Shown: positions 30,848-42,271 of the stretch, in pieces
How the letters are laid out: the number at the start of each line of letters is the position of its first letter
How positions within the stretch are numbered: the first letter of the stretch is position 1
Origin: Gammaproteobacteria bacterium
GTDB taxonomy: Bacteria; Pseudomonadota; Gammaproteobacteria; CAJXQU01
Assembly: GCA_965238175.1 (NCBI GenBank)
Contig: CBDEGZ010000003.1
Span: 416,001 to 480,000, forward strand
DNA: 64,000 bases
Reading direction: 5' to 3'
Program-made: the position numbers and the translations under genes
The notes under the pieces: generated by a model
Told to the model about the DNA's origin: nothing
Databases searched by the model: none
What the model saw: only the letters and a program-made list of their open reading frames with translations

Positions 30848-32185
30848 ATGTCTGAACAACAAGACACGATTGCAGCAATTGCAACCCCACCAGGTTCTGG
30901 CGGGGTTGGAGTAATCCGGATCTCTGGCCCACAAGTCACAACAATAACCGTTTCCATTGTTGGTGATTTACCTCAATCCAGAACAGCAATCTATCGATCT
31001 TTTCGATCATCAAACGATCAAATACTTGATCAAGGTCTTGCGTTATTTTTCCCAGGTCCCGATTCATTTACGGGTGAAGATGTTTTAGAGCTCCATGGAC
31101 ACGGTGGTTCTGTCGTTATGAATCGACTCCTAAAACGAGTTCTTGAATTGGGTGCAAGGCAAGCAAATCCTGGAGAGTTTTCTGAACGTGCTTTCTTGAA
31201 TGGAAAGGTAGATTTAATCCAAGCCGAAGCCGTCGCAGATTTGATTAATAGCGCAAGTGAACAAGCAGCAATCAGCGCAATTCGATCACTTTCGGGTGAA
31301 TTTTCAAAGTTAGTTACACGACTAAAAGATCAGATCATTTCCATGCGTATGTTAATCGAAGCGCATATGGATTTTACTGATGAAGAATTAGATATTCCGG
31401 TTGCTACTTTCCAGCAATCTATTCAAGCTGCGATTGATCAAAATCAGAATATTTTAGATAAAGCGCGGCAAGGTGCGGTACTAAACGAAGGCCTAAGGAT
31501 TGCGATTATTGGTGAACCTAATGTTGGGAAATCAAGTTTACTAAACAGCTTACTACAACAAGATCGTGCCATTGTGACAGATATTCCCGGAACGACGCGT
31601 GACACATTGACGGAAAAATTTTTAATAGACGGTGTACCTTTTGTGATTACAGATACAGCGGGTTTACGAACCACAAATGATCCTGTCGAATTAGAAGGAA
31701 TAAACCGAACGAACTTGTCGATGGAAACGGCAGATCTGGTTTTGATCATGTCTGAGTATCCAAAAATAGCAGAACAAATATCAACAGAGATCAAAAGCAA
31801 GATCTATGTAGTAAACAAAATTGATCAAGCGCAAGATGTTAAAGCCAAGATCAAAATGGCTGTAGCTCTCTCCCCTGCTGAAATCCAACTTTCAGCAAAA
31901 ACCGGAGAAGGTTTGGATTTGTTAAAGAAAGAATTATTAAAATTTGCTGGAGTCGATACAGGTGCAGAAGGAATTTTCACAGCTAGGCAACGGCACATCG
32001 AGGCACTCGAAAACACACGAGAGTTTTTAAATATTGCAGAACCTTGTCTAACAAGTAGTGAAACTTTTGATCTGGCGGCTGAAAACCTACGCTTAGCATT
32101 ACATTCCTTAGGTGAAATTACCGGCGAATTTACTACCGAAGATTTACTCGGTGAAATTTTTTCAGGTTTTTGTATCGGAAAATAA
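30848..32185 (+). CDS. mnmE: tRNA modification GTPase MnmE
   Basis: DTIAAIAT, GEPNVGKSS, GTTRD, DTAG, C-terminal FCIGK. Confidence 0.97.
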   Translation: MSEQQDTIAAIATPPGSGGVGVIRISGPQVTTITVSIVGDLPQSRTAIYRSFRSSNDQILDQGLALFFPGPDSFTGEDVLELHGHGGSVVMNRLLKRVLELGARQANPGEFSERAFLNGKVDLIQAEAVADLINSASEQAAISAIRSLSGEFSKLVTRLKDQIISMRMLIEAHMDFTDEELDIPVATFQQSIQAAIDQNQNILDKARQGAVLNEGLRIAIIGEPNVGKSSLLNSLLQQDRAIVTDIPGTTRDTLTEKFLIDGVPFVITDTAGLRTTNDPVELEGINRTNLSMETADLVLIMSEYPKIAEQISTEIKSKIYVVNKIDQAQDVKAKIKMAVALSPAEIQLSAKTGEGLDLLKKELLKFAGVDTGAEGIFTARQRHIEALENTREFLNIAEPCLTSSETFDLAAENLRLALHSLGEITGEFTTEDLLGEIFSGFCIGK

Positions 32186-32192
32186 ATTGAAA

Positions 32193-32618
32193 ATGGATCA
32201 GAAAAACTGTACTTTTTTACGCAGAATGGGCGCGATATTTTACGACAGCCTGTTACTATTTTCTGTTCTTTTATTTGCAACGATACCAGCTTTGGTTATA
32301 AGCAGTGGTGAAGCAATTGACTCGCAAAATATTTATTTCCAGATTTACTTAATTTTCGTCGCAGCACTCTATTTTATCCTGCCATGGAAAATTCGTGGGC
32401 AAACGCTCGGTATGCAAAGCTGGAAAATAAAACTGGTTTCAGACAATGGTGATCGAATAAATTATCAACAAGCGATTAAACGGATCTTGTTTTCATGTTT
32501 GTCCTGGGCTCCGGCAGGACTGGGTTTTATCTGGAGTATTTTTGATCAAGAAAACCTTGCCTGGAATGATCGATTATCGAAAACAAAATTGATTCATATT
32601 CTTGAAAAAAATAATTGA
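32193..32618 (+). CDS. RDD family membrane protein
   Basis: RRMGAIFYD, GQTLGMQSWKIK, WNDRLSKT. Confidence 0.85.
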   Translation: MDQKNCTFLRRMGAIFYDSLLLFSVLLFATIPALVISSGEAIDSQNIYFQIYLIFVAALYFILPWKIRGQTLGMQSWKIKLVSDNGDRINYQQAIKRILFSCLSWAPAGLGFIWSIFDQENLAWNDRLSKTKLIHILEKNN

Positions 32619-32706
32619 TTTTAAGCTCCAGGCGGTTTCCAGTCAGGTCGAGTATTTGCGAAAACAGCAGATCACAATACTGACTGTATAATACTTTTAG
32701 TTGTTG

Positions 32707-33318
32707 TCATAACATTCCTTCTTTGATTATAAACTCAACAATATCCTGTAATCCTTGACCTGCTTTTAGGTTAGTAAAAACATACGGCTTATCAACACGC
32801 ATTCGCTGTGTATCACTATCCATCACATCAAGGGAGGCGCCAACATAAGGCGCAAGATCAATTTTATTGATGACTAATAGATCGGATCTCGTAATACCGG
32901 GACCACCTTTTCTCGGTATCTTTTCGCCTTCAGCGACATCGATGACATAAATCGTAATATCGGCTAATTCTGGGCTGAAAGTGGCAGAAAGGTTATCGCC
33001 ACCACTTTCGATGAAGATGAGATCTAAATCAGTAAACTGATTACTTAAATCTTCAACAGCGGCTAAATTCATCGATGCATCTTCCCGGATCGCTGTATGA
33101 GGACAACCACCAGTTTCAACACCCACAATTCGATCTGCTGAAAGTGCTTCACTTTTTGTTAGGAATTGTGCATCTTCTTTGGTGTAAATATCATTAGTGA
33201 CGACGGCTAATTGATAATCATCGCGCATGGTTTTGCATAAAGCATCTAGCAAAGCAGTTTTTCCTGAGCCGACTGGACCGCCGACACCAATGCGTAAAGG
33301 GGCTTTTTGTGTATTCAT
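32707..33318 (-). CDS. ureG: Urease accessory GTPase UreG
   Basis: [26 protein letters not shown]. Confidence 0.96.
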   Translation of the reverse strand: MNTQKAPLRIGVGGPVGSGKTALLDALCKTMRDDYQLAVVTNDIYTKEDAQFLTKSEALSADRIVGVETGGCPHTAIREDASMNLAAVEDLSNQFTDLDLIFIESGGDNLSATFSPELADITIYVIDVAEGEKIPRKGGPGITRSDLLVINKIDLAPYVGASLDVMDSDTQRMRVDKPYVFTNLKAGQGLQDIVEFIIKEGML

Positions 33319-33337
33319 AGTGTGCTCTCAAATTTTT

Positions 33338-34018
33338 TTATGATCTAAATAAACGTGTGTATTGTGTTTCATGTTTTGTGCTTGCATAGGCTAACGCGGG
33401 TGACGAGCTGCCGATATTTTCATCAGTTATTTTCAAACCTTGTTCGACCGCCGTGGCAAGTGGTTGAGCCAGATCACGTAAAATTCGCTGTCCGGCCATT
33501 TGGCCTAATGGAATTAGTTTTACCCCAGAAATCACAAGGTTTTCCAGCCAGGACCATGCAAATCCCTGTGCGCCAATTGATAAAGGAATTTGCCATCGAT
33601 TCAGGGCGACAGCAAAACCTGCTGTCTGGGATTTTGATAAAACGGGTTTCCATTCTAATTCCAGATCTATTTCTAGATCTTCTAATAATCGTACCATTGC
33701 TCTACCGCGATTTATTTCCTCAAGTCTAAGCTCACGGGTTTCCCGGTGAGCAAGTAAGATATCAACCCAATGTGTTAAATCGACAGCATCTGAATTACGG
33801 CTTGCCTGTGTCATTCTGACTAACACTGGGATTTCCAGATAATGAACATTCGTGCTAATCAAGTCTGCTAACCAATCCTGTAATTCAACTTCATTGCACA
33901 CCCACCCGCACTCAACTGCCCACTCCAAACCTTGAGAATAAGTAAACCCGCCAACGGGCAACGCGCTACTTGATAACTGCATCAAGTGAATAAGGCTGGT
34001 ATTTGAAATCGGGTTCAT
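33338..34018 (-). CDS. ureF: Urease accessory protein UreF
   Basis: SSALPVGGFTYSQGLE, C-terminal HETQYTRLFRS. Confidence 0.94.
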   Translation of the reverse strand: MNPISNTSLIHLMQLSSSALPVGGFTYSQGLEWAVECGWVCNEVELQDWLADLISTNVHYLEIPVLVRMTQASRNSDAVDLTHWVDILLAHRETRELRLEEINRGRAMVRLLEDLEIDLELEWKPVLSKSQTAGFAVALNRWQIPLSIGAQGFAWSWLENLVISGVKLIPLGQMAGQRILRDLAQPLATAVEQGLKITDENIGSSSPALAYASTKHETQYTRLFRS

Positions 34019-34029
34019 ATAATTACAAA

Positions 34030-34212
34030 TTAAGATCGAACATAGATCCATCTAATCAGTACAATCAAAAAAGCTGCAAGAGCAACAGGCCAGACATGTT
34101 CAGGATTGGTAAAAACATGTCGTATATTTTCTAGTAAAGTTACACCATGTTGTTGGTGAGCATGTACTAATACTGGGAAGAAGCTGATAAGTACGAAAAG
34201 TATTTTATTCAT
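34030..34212 (-). CDS. Small His-containing membrane peptide resembling the HupE/UreJ N-terminus
   Basis: AAGGA SD; signal-like N-terminus ending VHA-HQQHG, then RHVFTNPEH and one TM helix; occupies the ureE-ureF gap. Confidence 0.6.
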   Translation of the reverse strand: MNKILFVLISFFPVLVHAHQQHGVTLLENIRHVFTNPEHVWPVALAAFLIVLIRWIYVRS

Positions 34213-34230
34213 GAGTTTTCCTTTCATTAT

Positions 34231-34677
34231 TTAATGTTCATGGTGATGTGAACCACCAGTACGATAAGCACCAGCTTCGGGTTCGAACGGTGCTTGTACA
34301 ACAGTCACATCCAGACCCAATCCAGCTAACATCTGATCTAAAACATGATCATGTAGATATTGAATACTGTCGGGTTTAATTTGAAGTGCCACATGTCGAT
34401 TGCCTAAGTGATAGCAAGCTCTTGCTAACAACCAGGTATCTTTGCAATGCACGGACGATAATGTTTCCTCCGCAGCGACAACCTTAACGATAGTGCCCTC
34501 ATCACTTGTTAATAAATCACCATTTTGGAGTATTTGTCCTCGTTCTAAGTACAAACCAACTTCTCGTCCATCGTCTAATACAGCTCGCAAACGACACTTG
34601 ACCCTACTGGACAATGGCAATGTAAGCGTGGCGTGTTCTTTGGTTTTTTCAGTGAGTTTTTGGATTAAATTAATCAT
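34231..34677 (-). CDS. ureE: Urease nickel chaperone UreE
   Basis: ACYHLGNRH, FEPEAGAY, His tail. Confidence 0.94.
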   Translation of the reverse strand: MINLIQKLTEKTKEHATLTLPLSSRVKCRLRAVLDDGREVGLYLERGQILQNGDLLTSDEGTIVKVVAAEETLSSVHCKDTWLLARACYHLGNRHVALQIKPDSIQYLHDHVLDQMLAGLGLDVTVVQAPFEPEAGAYRTGGSHHHEH

Positions 34678-34678
34678 A

Positions 34679-36379
34679 TCAAAACAGGAAATAGCGTTGG
34701 GCAAGTGGTAATTCAGCTGCTGGCTCACAGGTTAATAATTCGCCATCTGCAAAGACCTGATATGTTTGAGAGTCAACTTCAATTTCAGGTTGGTAGTCAT
34801 TCAGTACCATATCGGTTTTGGTGATATTTCGACAATTTTTTACCACACCCACCATGCTCTTTAATCCAAGTTGTCCTGCGAGATCATCTTGTTGCGCCGC
34901 CTGTGAAACAAAGGTCATTTTTGTTGCATAGCGGGCGCCACCAAACGTTGCAAACATAGGCCGATAATGTACGGGTTGAGGTGTTGGAATAGAGGCATTT
35001 GGATCACCCATGGGTGCTGCGGCAATCATACCGCCCTTGATAATCAAATTTGGCTTTGTTGCAAAAAAGGCAGGATCCCATAACACAAGATCAGCCAACT
35101 TACCGACCTCAACGGATCCCACCTCATGAGATATGCCATGTGTTATTGCCGGATTTATAGTGTATTTAGCGATATAGCGTTTAGCTCTAAAATTATCAGC
35201 TTCGCGATCATTATCTAAAGCGCCGCGTTGCACTTTCATTTTATGGGCGGTTTGCCATGTTCGAGTGATCACTTCACCAACGCGGCCCATAGCTTGTGAG
35301 TCCGATGCAATCATCGAAAAGGCGCCTAAATCATGCAAAATATCCTCAGCAGCAATGGTTTCTCGTCGGATCCGAGACTCTGCAAACGCCACATCTTCAG
35401 CAATATTGGGATCAAGGTGATGGCAGACCATCAACATATCTAGATGTTCGTCAACGGTATTAATAGTGTAAGGCCTGGTTGGGTTAGTCGACGACGGTAA
35501 AACAAAAGGCTCACCACAGGCTTTGATAATATCGGGGGCGTGGCCGCCGCCAGCACCTTCGGTATGATAGGTGTGAATTGTTCTCCCTTTCATAGCTGCT
35601 AAAGTATGCTCAACAAAACCAGATTCGTTTAAGGTGTCAGTATGAATTGCGACTTGCACATCCATTTTGTCTGCCACAGATAAACAAGTATCGATCGATG
35701 CCGGCGTTGTGCCCCAATCTTCATGTAATTTCAGGCCGATGGCACCTGCACGCACCTGTTCTTCAAGTGGTGCCCGGTTGCTGGCATTACCTTTAGCCAG
35801 ATAACCAATATTGATCGGTAAATCTTCCGCCGCCTGTAGCATGCGATGCATATTCCAAATGCCTGGTGTACAAGTTGTGGCATTGGTGCCGGTTGCGGGT
35901 CCTGTGCCGCCGCCCAACATTGTTGTCACACCGGACATTAAAGCTTCTTCAATCTGTTGAGGACAAATAAAATGAATATGTGAATCGATTCCACCAGCCG
36001 TTAAAATCTGACCTTCGCCAGCAATAACTTCGGTTCCAGGTCCAACTAAGATAGTCACGCCCGGCTGGATATCAGGGTTGCCTGCCTTACCAATACCGAC
36101 AATACGACCATGCTTAATACCGATATCGGCTTTAATAATACCCCAGTGATCCAGTATCAATGCATTTGTGATAACGAGATCAACAACGTCAGCATCATTA
36201 CCTTGGCATTGTCCCATACCATCCCGAATTACTTTGCCGCCACCAAATTTGACTTCATCACCATAGACAGTGTGATCCTTTTCGATTTCTATCCAGAGCT
36301 CAGTATCACCCAAACGAACACGGTCACCGGTGGTTGGGCCATACATTTCCATATAGGCTTGTCTGTTAATGGCCGTCAT
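34679..36379 (-). CDS. ureC: Urease subunit alpha
   Basis: [38 protein letters not shown]. Confidence 0.98.
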   Translation of the reverse strand: MTAINRQAYMEMYGPTTGDRVRLGDTELWIEIEKDHTVYGDEVKFGGGKVIRDGMGQCQGNDADVVDLVITNALILDHWGIIKADIGIKHGRIVGIGKAGNPDIQPGVTILVGPGTEVIAGEGQILTAGGIDSHIHFICPQQIEEALMSGVTTMLGGGTGPATGTNATTCTPGIWNMHRMLQAAEDLPINIGYLAKGNASNRAPLEEQVRAGAIGLKLHEDWGTTPASIDTCLSVADKMDVQVAIHTDTLNESGFVEHTLAAMKGRTIHTYHTEGAGGGHAPDIIKACGEPFVLPSSTNPTRPYTINTVDEHLDMLMVCHHLDPNIAEDVAFAESRIRRETIAAEDILHDLGAFSMIASDSQAMGRVGEVITRTWQTAHKMKVQRGALDNDREADNFRAKRYIAKYTINPAITHGISHEVGSVEVGKLADLVLWDPAFFATKPNLIIKGGMIAAAPMGDPNASIPTPQPVHYRPMFATFGGARYATKMTFVSQAAQQDDLAGQLGLKSMVGVVKNCRNITKTDMVLNDYQPEIEVDSQTYQVFADGELLTCEPAAELPLAQRYFLF

Positions 36380-36693
36380 GATTTATGCTCCAGGGCACCC
36401 ATAACTTCAGCGTTAAAACCATAAACATGACGTCTACCTACATAAGTGACCAATTCGACTTCACGTGTCTGGCCAGGTTCGAATCGTACCGCAGTACCTG
36501 CTGCTATATTCAGTCTGAAACCGTAAGCCTTTTTACGATCGAATATCAAAGCGGGATTGATTTCAAAAAAGTGATAATGAGAGCCAACTTGTATCGGCCG
36601 ATCACCTGTATTGGCGACATCAACACTGACCGTTTCTCGGCCTGTATTTAGTGTAATATCGCCTTCTGCAACAATGACTTCACCTGGAATCAT
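36376..36693 (-). CDS. ureB: Urease subunit beta
   Basis: [27 protein letters not shown]. Confidence 0.97.
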   Translation of the reverse strand: MIPGEVIVAEGDITLNTGRETVSVDVANTGDRPIQVGSHYHFFEINPALIFDRKKAYGFRLNIAAGTAVRFEPGQTREVELVTYVGRRHVYGFNAEVMGALEHKS

Positions 36694-36716
36694 GAGTTAT
36701 TCTCCTGTGTTGAATT

Positions 36717-37019
36717 TCATACAATAGGGTCATGGACAGTGACCAGTTTGGTCCCATCTGGAAATGTGGCTTCAACTTGTACATCATGAATCATTTCGGC
36801 TACTCCAGGCATGACATCATCACGACCCAATAACGTACGGCCGTAATTCATTAGTTCTGCCACACTCATGCCATCACGCGCACCTTCTAAAATGGCTGCG
36901 CTGATATAAGCGATCGCTTCTGGATGATTGAGTTTTAAACCACGTGCTTTACGGCGTTCGGCCAATAGTCCAGCGGTAAATAACAATAGTTTGTCTTTTT
37001 CTCTTGGAGTTAAATTCAT
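36717..37019 (-). CDS. ureA: Urease subunit gamma
   Basis: [26 protein letters not shown]. Confidence 0.97.
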   Translation of the reverse strand: MNLTPREKDKLLLFTAGLLAERRKARGLKLNHPEAIAYISAAILEGARDGMSVAELMNYGRTLLGRDDVMPGVAEMIHDVQVEATFPDGTKLVTVHDPIV

Positions 37020-37034
37020 TGTAATAATCCTGAT

Positions 37035-37877
37035 TTAAGTAGCCCATATTCGTGGAGGACAAGCTGTTTTTTTCAAAATAGCGGGTCTTAATACTGACCA
37101 TATCGAAGTAAATAACTTGCGACATTCAGCCGTTGAATGACCCAGGTATCTGATCAATAAACAATCTTCTAGCATTGTTGCAGCAACAAGAGGTGAATGA
37201 TTGTCTGGTAAAGTGTCACGAACAGCGTCTAATAGCTGTTCATCTGTTGGACAGGCAATAAGGTTTGCCATAACAGGGTTACCGCGTAAGCCAGCTGGAG
37301 CAGCTAATCTGTCTGCCATGATCTGTATGCATTCCATCACTACAGGCCGACCCTCTTTGTACAAAGAAAAATCCAAATCTAAGCGACCGGATGAAAAGTG
37401 TTCTTGATTAGTCGGTAAACCAAGGCAATGTGTTTCCCAGCCTAAAAAATGAGTATTTGCGGCTAAATCTATCCGTGTATGCATCTGTACTTGTGCGCCC
37501 GGGAAATAGATGTTTTCTTGTGGCAACCATTCCAGAATTCCGAGTTCATCGACATGCAAATTTTGTTGTTGATGAGCAGTGTCACCTTGGCTACGATAAA
37601 ACTTCGTTGCTCCAGGGGTGGTTAATAATGTGTGAGCTTGTTTTTGAACATCAGCATTAATTGTTAGAGTATCTCCGCCGACAACCCCACCGGGGGGATG
37701 AAGCAGGTACAAATGACAGACGTCACCTTCTGGATAAAAAGCACGTTGAACACTCAATGGCCCACGTTGTTGACGCTGTGACAACACTGTTTTTTGATCC
37801 CGACGACAAAACTGTAAATCGAGCTGCGCTTGCCAACCTGTCGATTCTGCGATGTCGGTGTCCATGACTTGCTTCAT
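37035..37877 (-). CDS. ureD: Urease accessory protein UreD
   Basis: GPLSVQRAFYPEG, HPPGGVVGGD, TTPGATKFY, PRIWAT. Confidence 0.94.
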   Translation of the reverse strand: MKQVMDTDIAESTGWQAQLDLQFCRRDQKTVLSQRQQRGPLSVQRAFYPEGDVCHLYLLHPPGGVVGGDTLTINADVQKQAHTLLTTPGATKFYRSQGDTAHQQQNLHVDELGILEWLPQENIYFPGAQVQMHTRIDLAANTHFLGWETHCLGLPTNQEHFSSGRLDLDFSLYKEGRPVVMECIQIMADRLAAPAGLRGNPVMANLIACPTDEQLLDAVRDTLPDNHSPLVAATMLEDCLLIRYLGHSTAECRKLFTSIWSVLRPAILKKTACPPRIWAT

Positions 37878-38569
37878 ACAGTTAGATATTCCTTAACAAG
37901 ATCGTCATTGAGATCAGCGATATTACCGCTTGCTACCGCTCTACCACGCTCCATAATCACAAAGTGATCAGCGACTTTTCTGGTGATCGGTAATTTTTGT
38001 TCAACCAATAAAACAGTTAAACCTATTTCTTTATTGAGGCGATTAATAATGTCTCCAATTTCTTGTACGATATTGGGTTGGATCCCTTCCGTTGGTTCAT
38101 CCAGAATCAACATTTTTGGATCGAGTACCAAGGCACGTCCAATTGCTAATTGCTGTTGTTGTCCACCAGAAAGATCACCACCGCGGCGGCCTAACATTTC
38201 CTTTAAAACTGGAAACATTTCGTAGATAAAATCAGGAATCGTTCGACTTTTATCTCTGCGAGCTGACAAGCCGATTTTGAGGTTTTCTTCTACCGTTAAC
38301 AAAGGGAATATTTGTCGCCCTTGTGGTACATAACCTATGCCTAGTCCAGCTCGTTGTTCGGCAGAAAAGGTGGTTAAATCGTGATTTTCAAAGATCATGC
38401 TGCCAGATTGAATAGGTAAGACACCCATCACACTTTGTACTAATGTTGTTTTACCAACACCATTTCGACCCATAATACAGGTACATTTTCCTTTAGCGAT
38501 ATCGAGTTCCAAATCCCATAAAGTATGGCTTTCACCATAAAACTGATTGAGTTTTTTGATTTTTAACAC
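37874..38569 (-). CDS. urtE: Urea ABC transporter ATPase UrtE
   Basis: YGESHTL, GRNGVGKT, LSGGQQQQL, DEPTEGIQP. Confidence 0.93.
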   Translation of the reverse strand: MLKIKKLNQFYGESHTLWDLELDIAKGKCTCIMGRNGVGKTTLVQSVMGVLPIQSGSMIFENHDLTTFSAEQRAGLGIGYVPQGRQIFPLLTVEENLKIGLSARRDKSRTIPDFIYEMFPVLKEMLGRRGGDLSGGQQQQLAIGRALVLDPKMLILDEPTEGIQPNIVQEIGDIINRLNKEIGLTVLLVEQKLPITRKVADHFVIMERGRAVASGNIADLNDDLVKEYLTV

Positions 38570-38571
38570 TT

Positions 38572-39402
38572 TTAACTCCCTAGATATACTTCAATAACGC
38601 GAGGATCATTTTGCACCTCATCCATACTGCCTTCAGCCAATACGGAGCCCTGGTGCAATACCGTCACTGTTTTAGCAATAGAACGGACAAAATCCATATC
38701 ATGCTCAACCACCACAACTGAATGCTCACCTGCTAATGAAGTTAATAATTCACCAGTCTTATCCATTTCCTGGTGTGTCATACCCGCAACAGGCTCATCA
38801 ACCAATAATAGCCGTGGTCGTTGCATCAGCAACATGCCGATTTCCAGCCATTGCTTTTGACCATGAGACAGTACGCCTGCACGTTGCATAGCATGTTCTT
38901 GTAGGCCAATTTTGACTAAAACAAGGTCGATATCATCACGTTGTTCACCTGTTAATCGTGCAAATAAGGTTGTCCAAACACCTTTATTGCCGTGCATTGC
39001 TAATGCTAAATTTTCAAACACGGTATGATTTTCAAACACGGTCGGTTTTTGAAATTTACGTCCGATACCTGCGTTAGCAATGTCCGGTTCGCTCATATTC
39101 AATAAATTCATCGTCTGACCGAAATAAACCGTACCAGTGTCAGGCCGTGTTTTGCCGGTAATAATATCCATCATTGTCGTTTTACCTGCACCATTAGGGC
39201 CGATAATGCAGCGCAACTCACCATCATTGATATAAAGGTTAAGGTCGTTTATGGCTTTAAAACCATCGAAGCTTACGGACACGTCTTCCATATAGAGGAT
39301 GATGTTTTTCTTAACATCAAGGTTGGGGTTGATTTCGGGCATCAAAAAATCAAAGACTTGATCGCGACGCATCAATTTTCGAACATCTTCTAAAGCACTC
39401 AT
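38572..39402 (-). CDS. urtD: Urea ABC transporter ATPase UrtD
   Basis: VSFDGFKA, GPNGAGKT, LSHGQKQWLEIGM. Confidence 0.93.
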   Translation of the reverse strand: MSALEDVRKLMRRDQVFDFLMPEINPNLDVKKNIILYMEDVSVSFDGFKAINDLNLYINDGELRCIIGPNGAGKTTMMDIITGKTRPDTGTVYFGQTMNLLNMSEPDIANAGIGRKFQKPTVFENHTVFENLALAMHGNKGVWTTLFARLTGEQRDDIDLVLVKIGLQEHAMQRAGVLSHGQKQWLEIGMLLMQRPRLLLVDEPVAGMTHQEMDKTGELLTSLAGEHSVVVVEHDMDFVRSIAKTVTVLHQGSVLAEGSMDEVQNDPRVIEVYLGS

Positions 39403-40487
39403 GCGTGCGCCTCCTTATGGCGATTGAATAAACCGGCCACGCCACGAGGTAAATACATAGTGGCGAAGATAAATAAGCCTCCTAAAGCATAGAGCCAAAC
39501 TTCCGGTAGTGCTCCTGTAAAGTAGGTCTTAGATAAGTTCACTAAAATAGCGCCAACAACGGCACCATAGAGTGTAGAACGACCACCAATGGCAACCCAG
39601 ATAACAACCTCTATTGAAAATAAGGGTGAAAATTCACCAGGATTAATAATCGCCACTTGAGAGACATATAATGCACCGGCGATACCCGCTAAAATTGCCG
39701 AAAACGTGAAGATCCATAACTTTACGTTTTCAACGCGGTAGCCAAGAAAACGTAATCTATCTTCGCTATCTCTGACAGCAATGGCGACACGCCCTAATTT
39801 AGATTGCACGATAGCGCGACAGGCGATATAGCCACCTGCAAGTGCGATGGCAGAAGCGAGGAATAAACTAATTCGGGTGGTATCACTTTGTAATGAAAAC
39901 CCAAGAATATCTTTAAAGTCGGTTAGGCCGTTATTACCACCAAACCCCATTTCGTTACGGAAAAAGGCCAGCATTAATGCGTAGGTCAATGCCTGTGTGA
40001 TAATCGATAAATATACACCCGTGACGCGAGAACGAAAGGTCAGCCAACCAAATAAAAAGGCCATCACACCGGGTACAAAAATAATCATTAAGGCAGCAAA
40101 CCAGAAATGATCAAACCCGAGCCAGAACCACGGCAATTCTTTCCAATCAAGAAAGACCATAAAGTCCGGTAAAATTGGATCACCATAGACACCTCGATCA
40201 CCAATTTGACGCATCAAATACATGCCCATGGCGTAACCACCCAAGGCAAAAAAAGCACCATGGCCCAAGGTTAAAATACCCAAAATGCCCCAGACTAAAT
40301 CGACGGCTATCGCTAATAAGGCATAGGTTAAATATTTACCGAGCAAGGTGACCGTGTAAGTGCTTATATGAAACACATTGCCTTCAGGTACAAACAAGTT
40401 AAGTAGTGGCACAATCATGCTAACTGTCAACAGCACTATTAAGAAAATTTGACCACCACGATCATTTTTTAGAATATTCATCAACAT
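39399..40487 (-). CDS. urtC: Urea ABC transporter permease UrtC
   Basis: LPDFMVFL, GVYLSIITQAL, GGNNGLTDFK. Confidence 0.92.
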   Translation of the reverse strand: MLMNILKNDRGGQIFLIVLLTVSMIVPLLNLFVPEGNVFHISTYTVTLLGKYLTYALLAIAVDLVWGILGILTLGHGAFFALGGYAMGMYLMRQIGDRGVYGDPILPDFMVFLDWKELPWFWLGFDHFWFAALMIIFVPGVMAFLFGWLTFRSRVTGVYLSIITQALTYALMLAFFRNEMGFGGNNGLTDFKDILGFSLQSDTTRISLFLASAIALAGGYIACRAIVQSKLGRVAIAVRDSEDRLRFLGYRVENVKLWIFTFSAILAGIAGALYVSQVAIINPGEFSPLFSIEVVIWVAIGGRSTLYGAVVGAILVNLSKTYFTGALPEVWLYALGGLFIFATMYLPRGVAGLFNRHKEAHA

Positions 40488-40534
40488 AATCTCTCTCCAT
40501 CACACTTATATTTATTCACAGGTTTAATCTTGTT

Positions 40535-42142
40535 TTAAGCCGAACGGCCCTTTTGTGGAAACAGCCCTTTCGGTCGTTTCTGAATAAATAAAATAATGAA
40601 TATTAAAACCAATATTTTTGCTAATACGGCACCAGACCAAGGTTCTAGTAATTTATTGGTGACGCCTAAACCTAAGCCCGCGATTAAAGTGCCCCACAAA
40701 TTACCGACTCCCCCAAACACCACGACCATGAAGGAATCGATGATATAAGCTTGGCCCAGATTAGGGCCAACATTGGTGAGTTGGCTTAATGCGACGCCCG
40801 CGACACCGGCTATCCCTGAACCCAAGCCAAAAGTTATTGCATCAACCCAATTTGCTTTAACACCCATCGACCGCGCCATAGATCGGTTTTGTGATACTGC
40901 GCGAACCTGTAAACCCAGGCGGGTTTTGTTGAGAATGGCAAATAAAGCAGCAAACACGATCAGGCTGAAGATGATGATATAAAGTCGGTTCCATGTCAGT
41001 GCTAATACGTCATTGATCTGCCAGACACCACTCATCCATGACGGTGCTTCGACGGCCATATTGAGGGGGCCAAATAGTGATCGAACAAGTTGCTGAAGAA
41101 CTAAGCTAACCCCAAAAGTGGCCAATAATGTTTCTAGTGGCCGGCCATATAAAAAGCGAATAATGCCGCGTTCAATTAGAATTCCGACAATACCTGAAAC
41201 AATAAATGCTAATGGGATAGCAATAAGAACAGAATATTCGATCAGATTAGGTAACCAGGCTTGCACGAGATAAGTGGTATAAGCACCTAGCATAATAAGT
41301 TCGCCGTGAGCCATATTAATAACGCCCATAACGCCGAAAGTGATTGCGAGTCCTATCGCGGCTAATACCAAAACCGAGCCAAGGCTTAAGCCAAAGAACA
41401 GCGTCTCTATTTTGTTGTAACGTTGCACTCTGATATCGATTTTTTTTAATACGTTTCGAGCGGCTCTTTTGATTTTGGGATCAACATCACTGGAGATAAG
41501 ATCAGCTAGTACCTGTTGAACACTGGGGTGGACACTGTCTTTAAGTTGTGAAATTAGTGCTAATGTGTCGCCCTGGCCGGATTTAAGTTTCAATGTGGCA
41601 ATGGCAACGTTAAGTAATGTTTTAACGTCGTCATTTTGCTCGATCGCGAGGCGGGTTTCTAAAGCGGTTATTTGTTCAATATCAATTTGGCTTAATGCTT
41701 GTTGTATAGCATGAATGCGGATATTTGCAGCGTCATCATTAAGCTCGATCATCGCCAGGGTATCACGCAATTTTGTCCGAATTTTGTTATTGATAATAAT
41801 TTTTTTCCATGCTTTACCCGGTTCACCGGCTATGGTTTCGCCAGTCAACACATTTGTTATTTTTGCAGCTCCTTTCTTCTTGATAATCGCCACAACTTTA
41901 TCTGACTTTCTGTAGTACAACTCACTACTCAAGAGTGCGTTGATGACACCCGGTAGCCGATCATCGCCTGTTGTTGTAATGGTATTGATCGCCTGAGTAC
42001 GTACTTTTATTTTGGAAGCAGTGAGCTTATTTAAAGCAGATGAGAAATTGGACGGTATTGATTCAACAGTCGCGGATAGGGCTGAAATAATTGGTAAGAT
42101 TGTAAAAATCAGAACCAATAAAAATTTAGTTATGTGCGTCAT
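40535..42142 (-). CDS. urtB: Urea ABC transporter permease UrtB (with N-terminal periplasmic domain)
   Basis: GLAITFGVMGVINMAHGE, RPLETLLATFG, QKRPKGLF. Confidence 0.92.
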   Translation of the reverse strand: MTHITKFLLVLIFTILPIISALSATVESIPSNFSSALNKLTASKIKVRTQAINTITTTGDDRLPGVINALLSSELYYRKSDKVVAIIKKKGAAKITNVLTGETIAGEPGKAWKKIIINNKIRTKLRDTLAMIELNDDAANIRIHAIQQALSQIDIEQITALETRLAIEQNDDVKTLLNVAIATLKLKSGQGDTLALISQLKDSVHPSVQQVLADLISSDVDPKIKRAARNVLKKIDIRVQRYNKIETLFFGLSLGSVLVLAAIGLAITFGVMGVINMAHGELIMLGAYTTYLVQAWLPNLIEYSVLIAIPLAFIVSGIVGILIERGIIRFLYGRPLETLLATFGVSLVLQQLVRSLFGPLNMAVEAPSWMSGVWQINDVLALTWNRLYIIIFSLIVFAALFAILNKTRLGLQVRAVSQNRSMARSMGVKANWVDAITFGLGSGIAGVAGVALSQLTNVGPNLGQAYIIDSFMVVVFGGVGNLWGTLIAGLGLGVTNKLLEPWSGAVLAKILVLIFIILFIQKRPKGLFPQKGRSA

Positions 42143-42221
42143 TGCATTAACTCTTTAAATTGAAATCGATGTATTCAAAAATAGATCAATAGGAAATTTG
42201 TTTATAATTTGGGATTTAATA

Positions 42222-42256
42222 AGAAAAGTGCGTAACCAGAGGTTACGCACTTTTCT
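42222..42256. terminator. Strong hairpin downstream of urtA
   Basis: AGAAAAGTGCGTAACC-AGA-GGTTACGCACTTTTCT perfect inverted repeat. Confidence 0.75.
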
Positions 42257-42271
42257 CTTTAACAGATTTAC

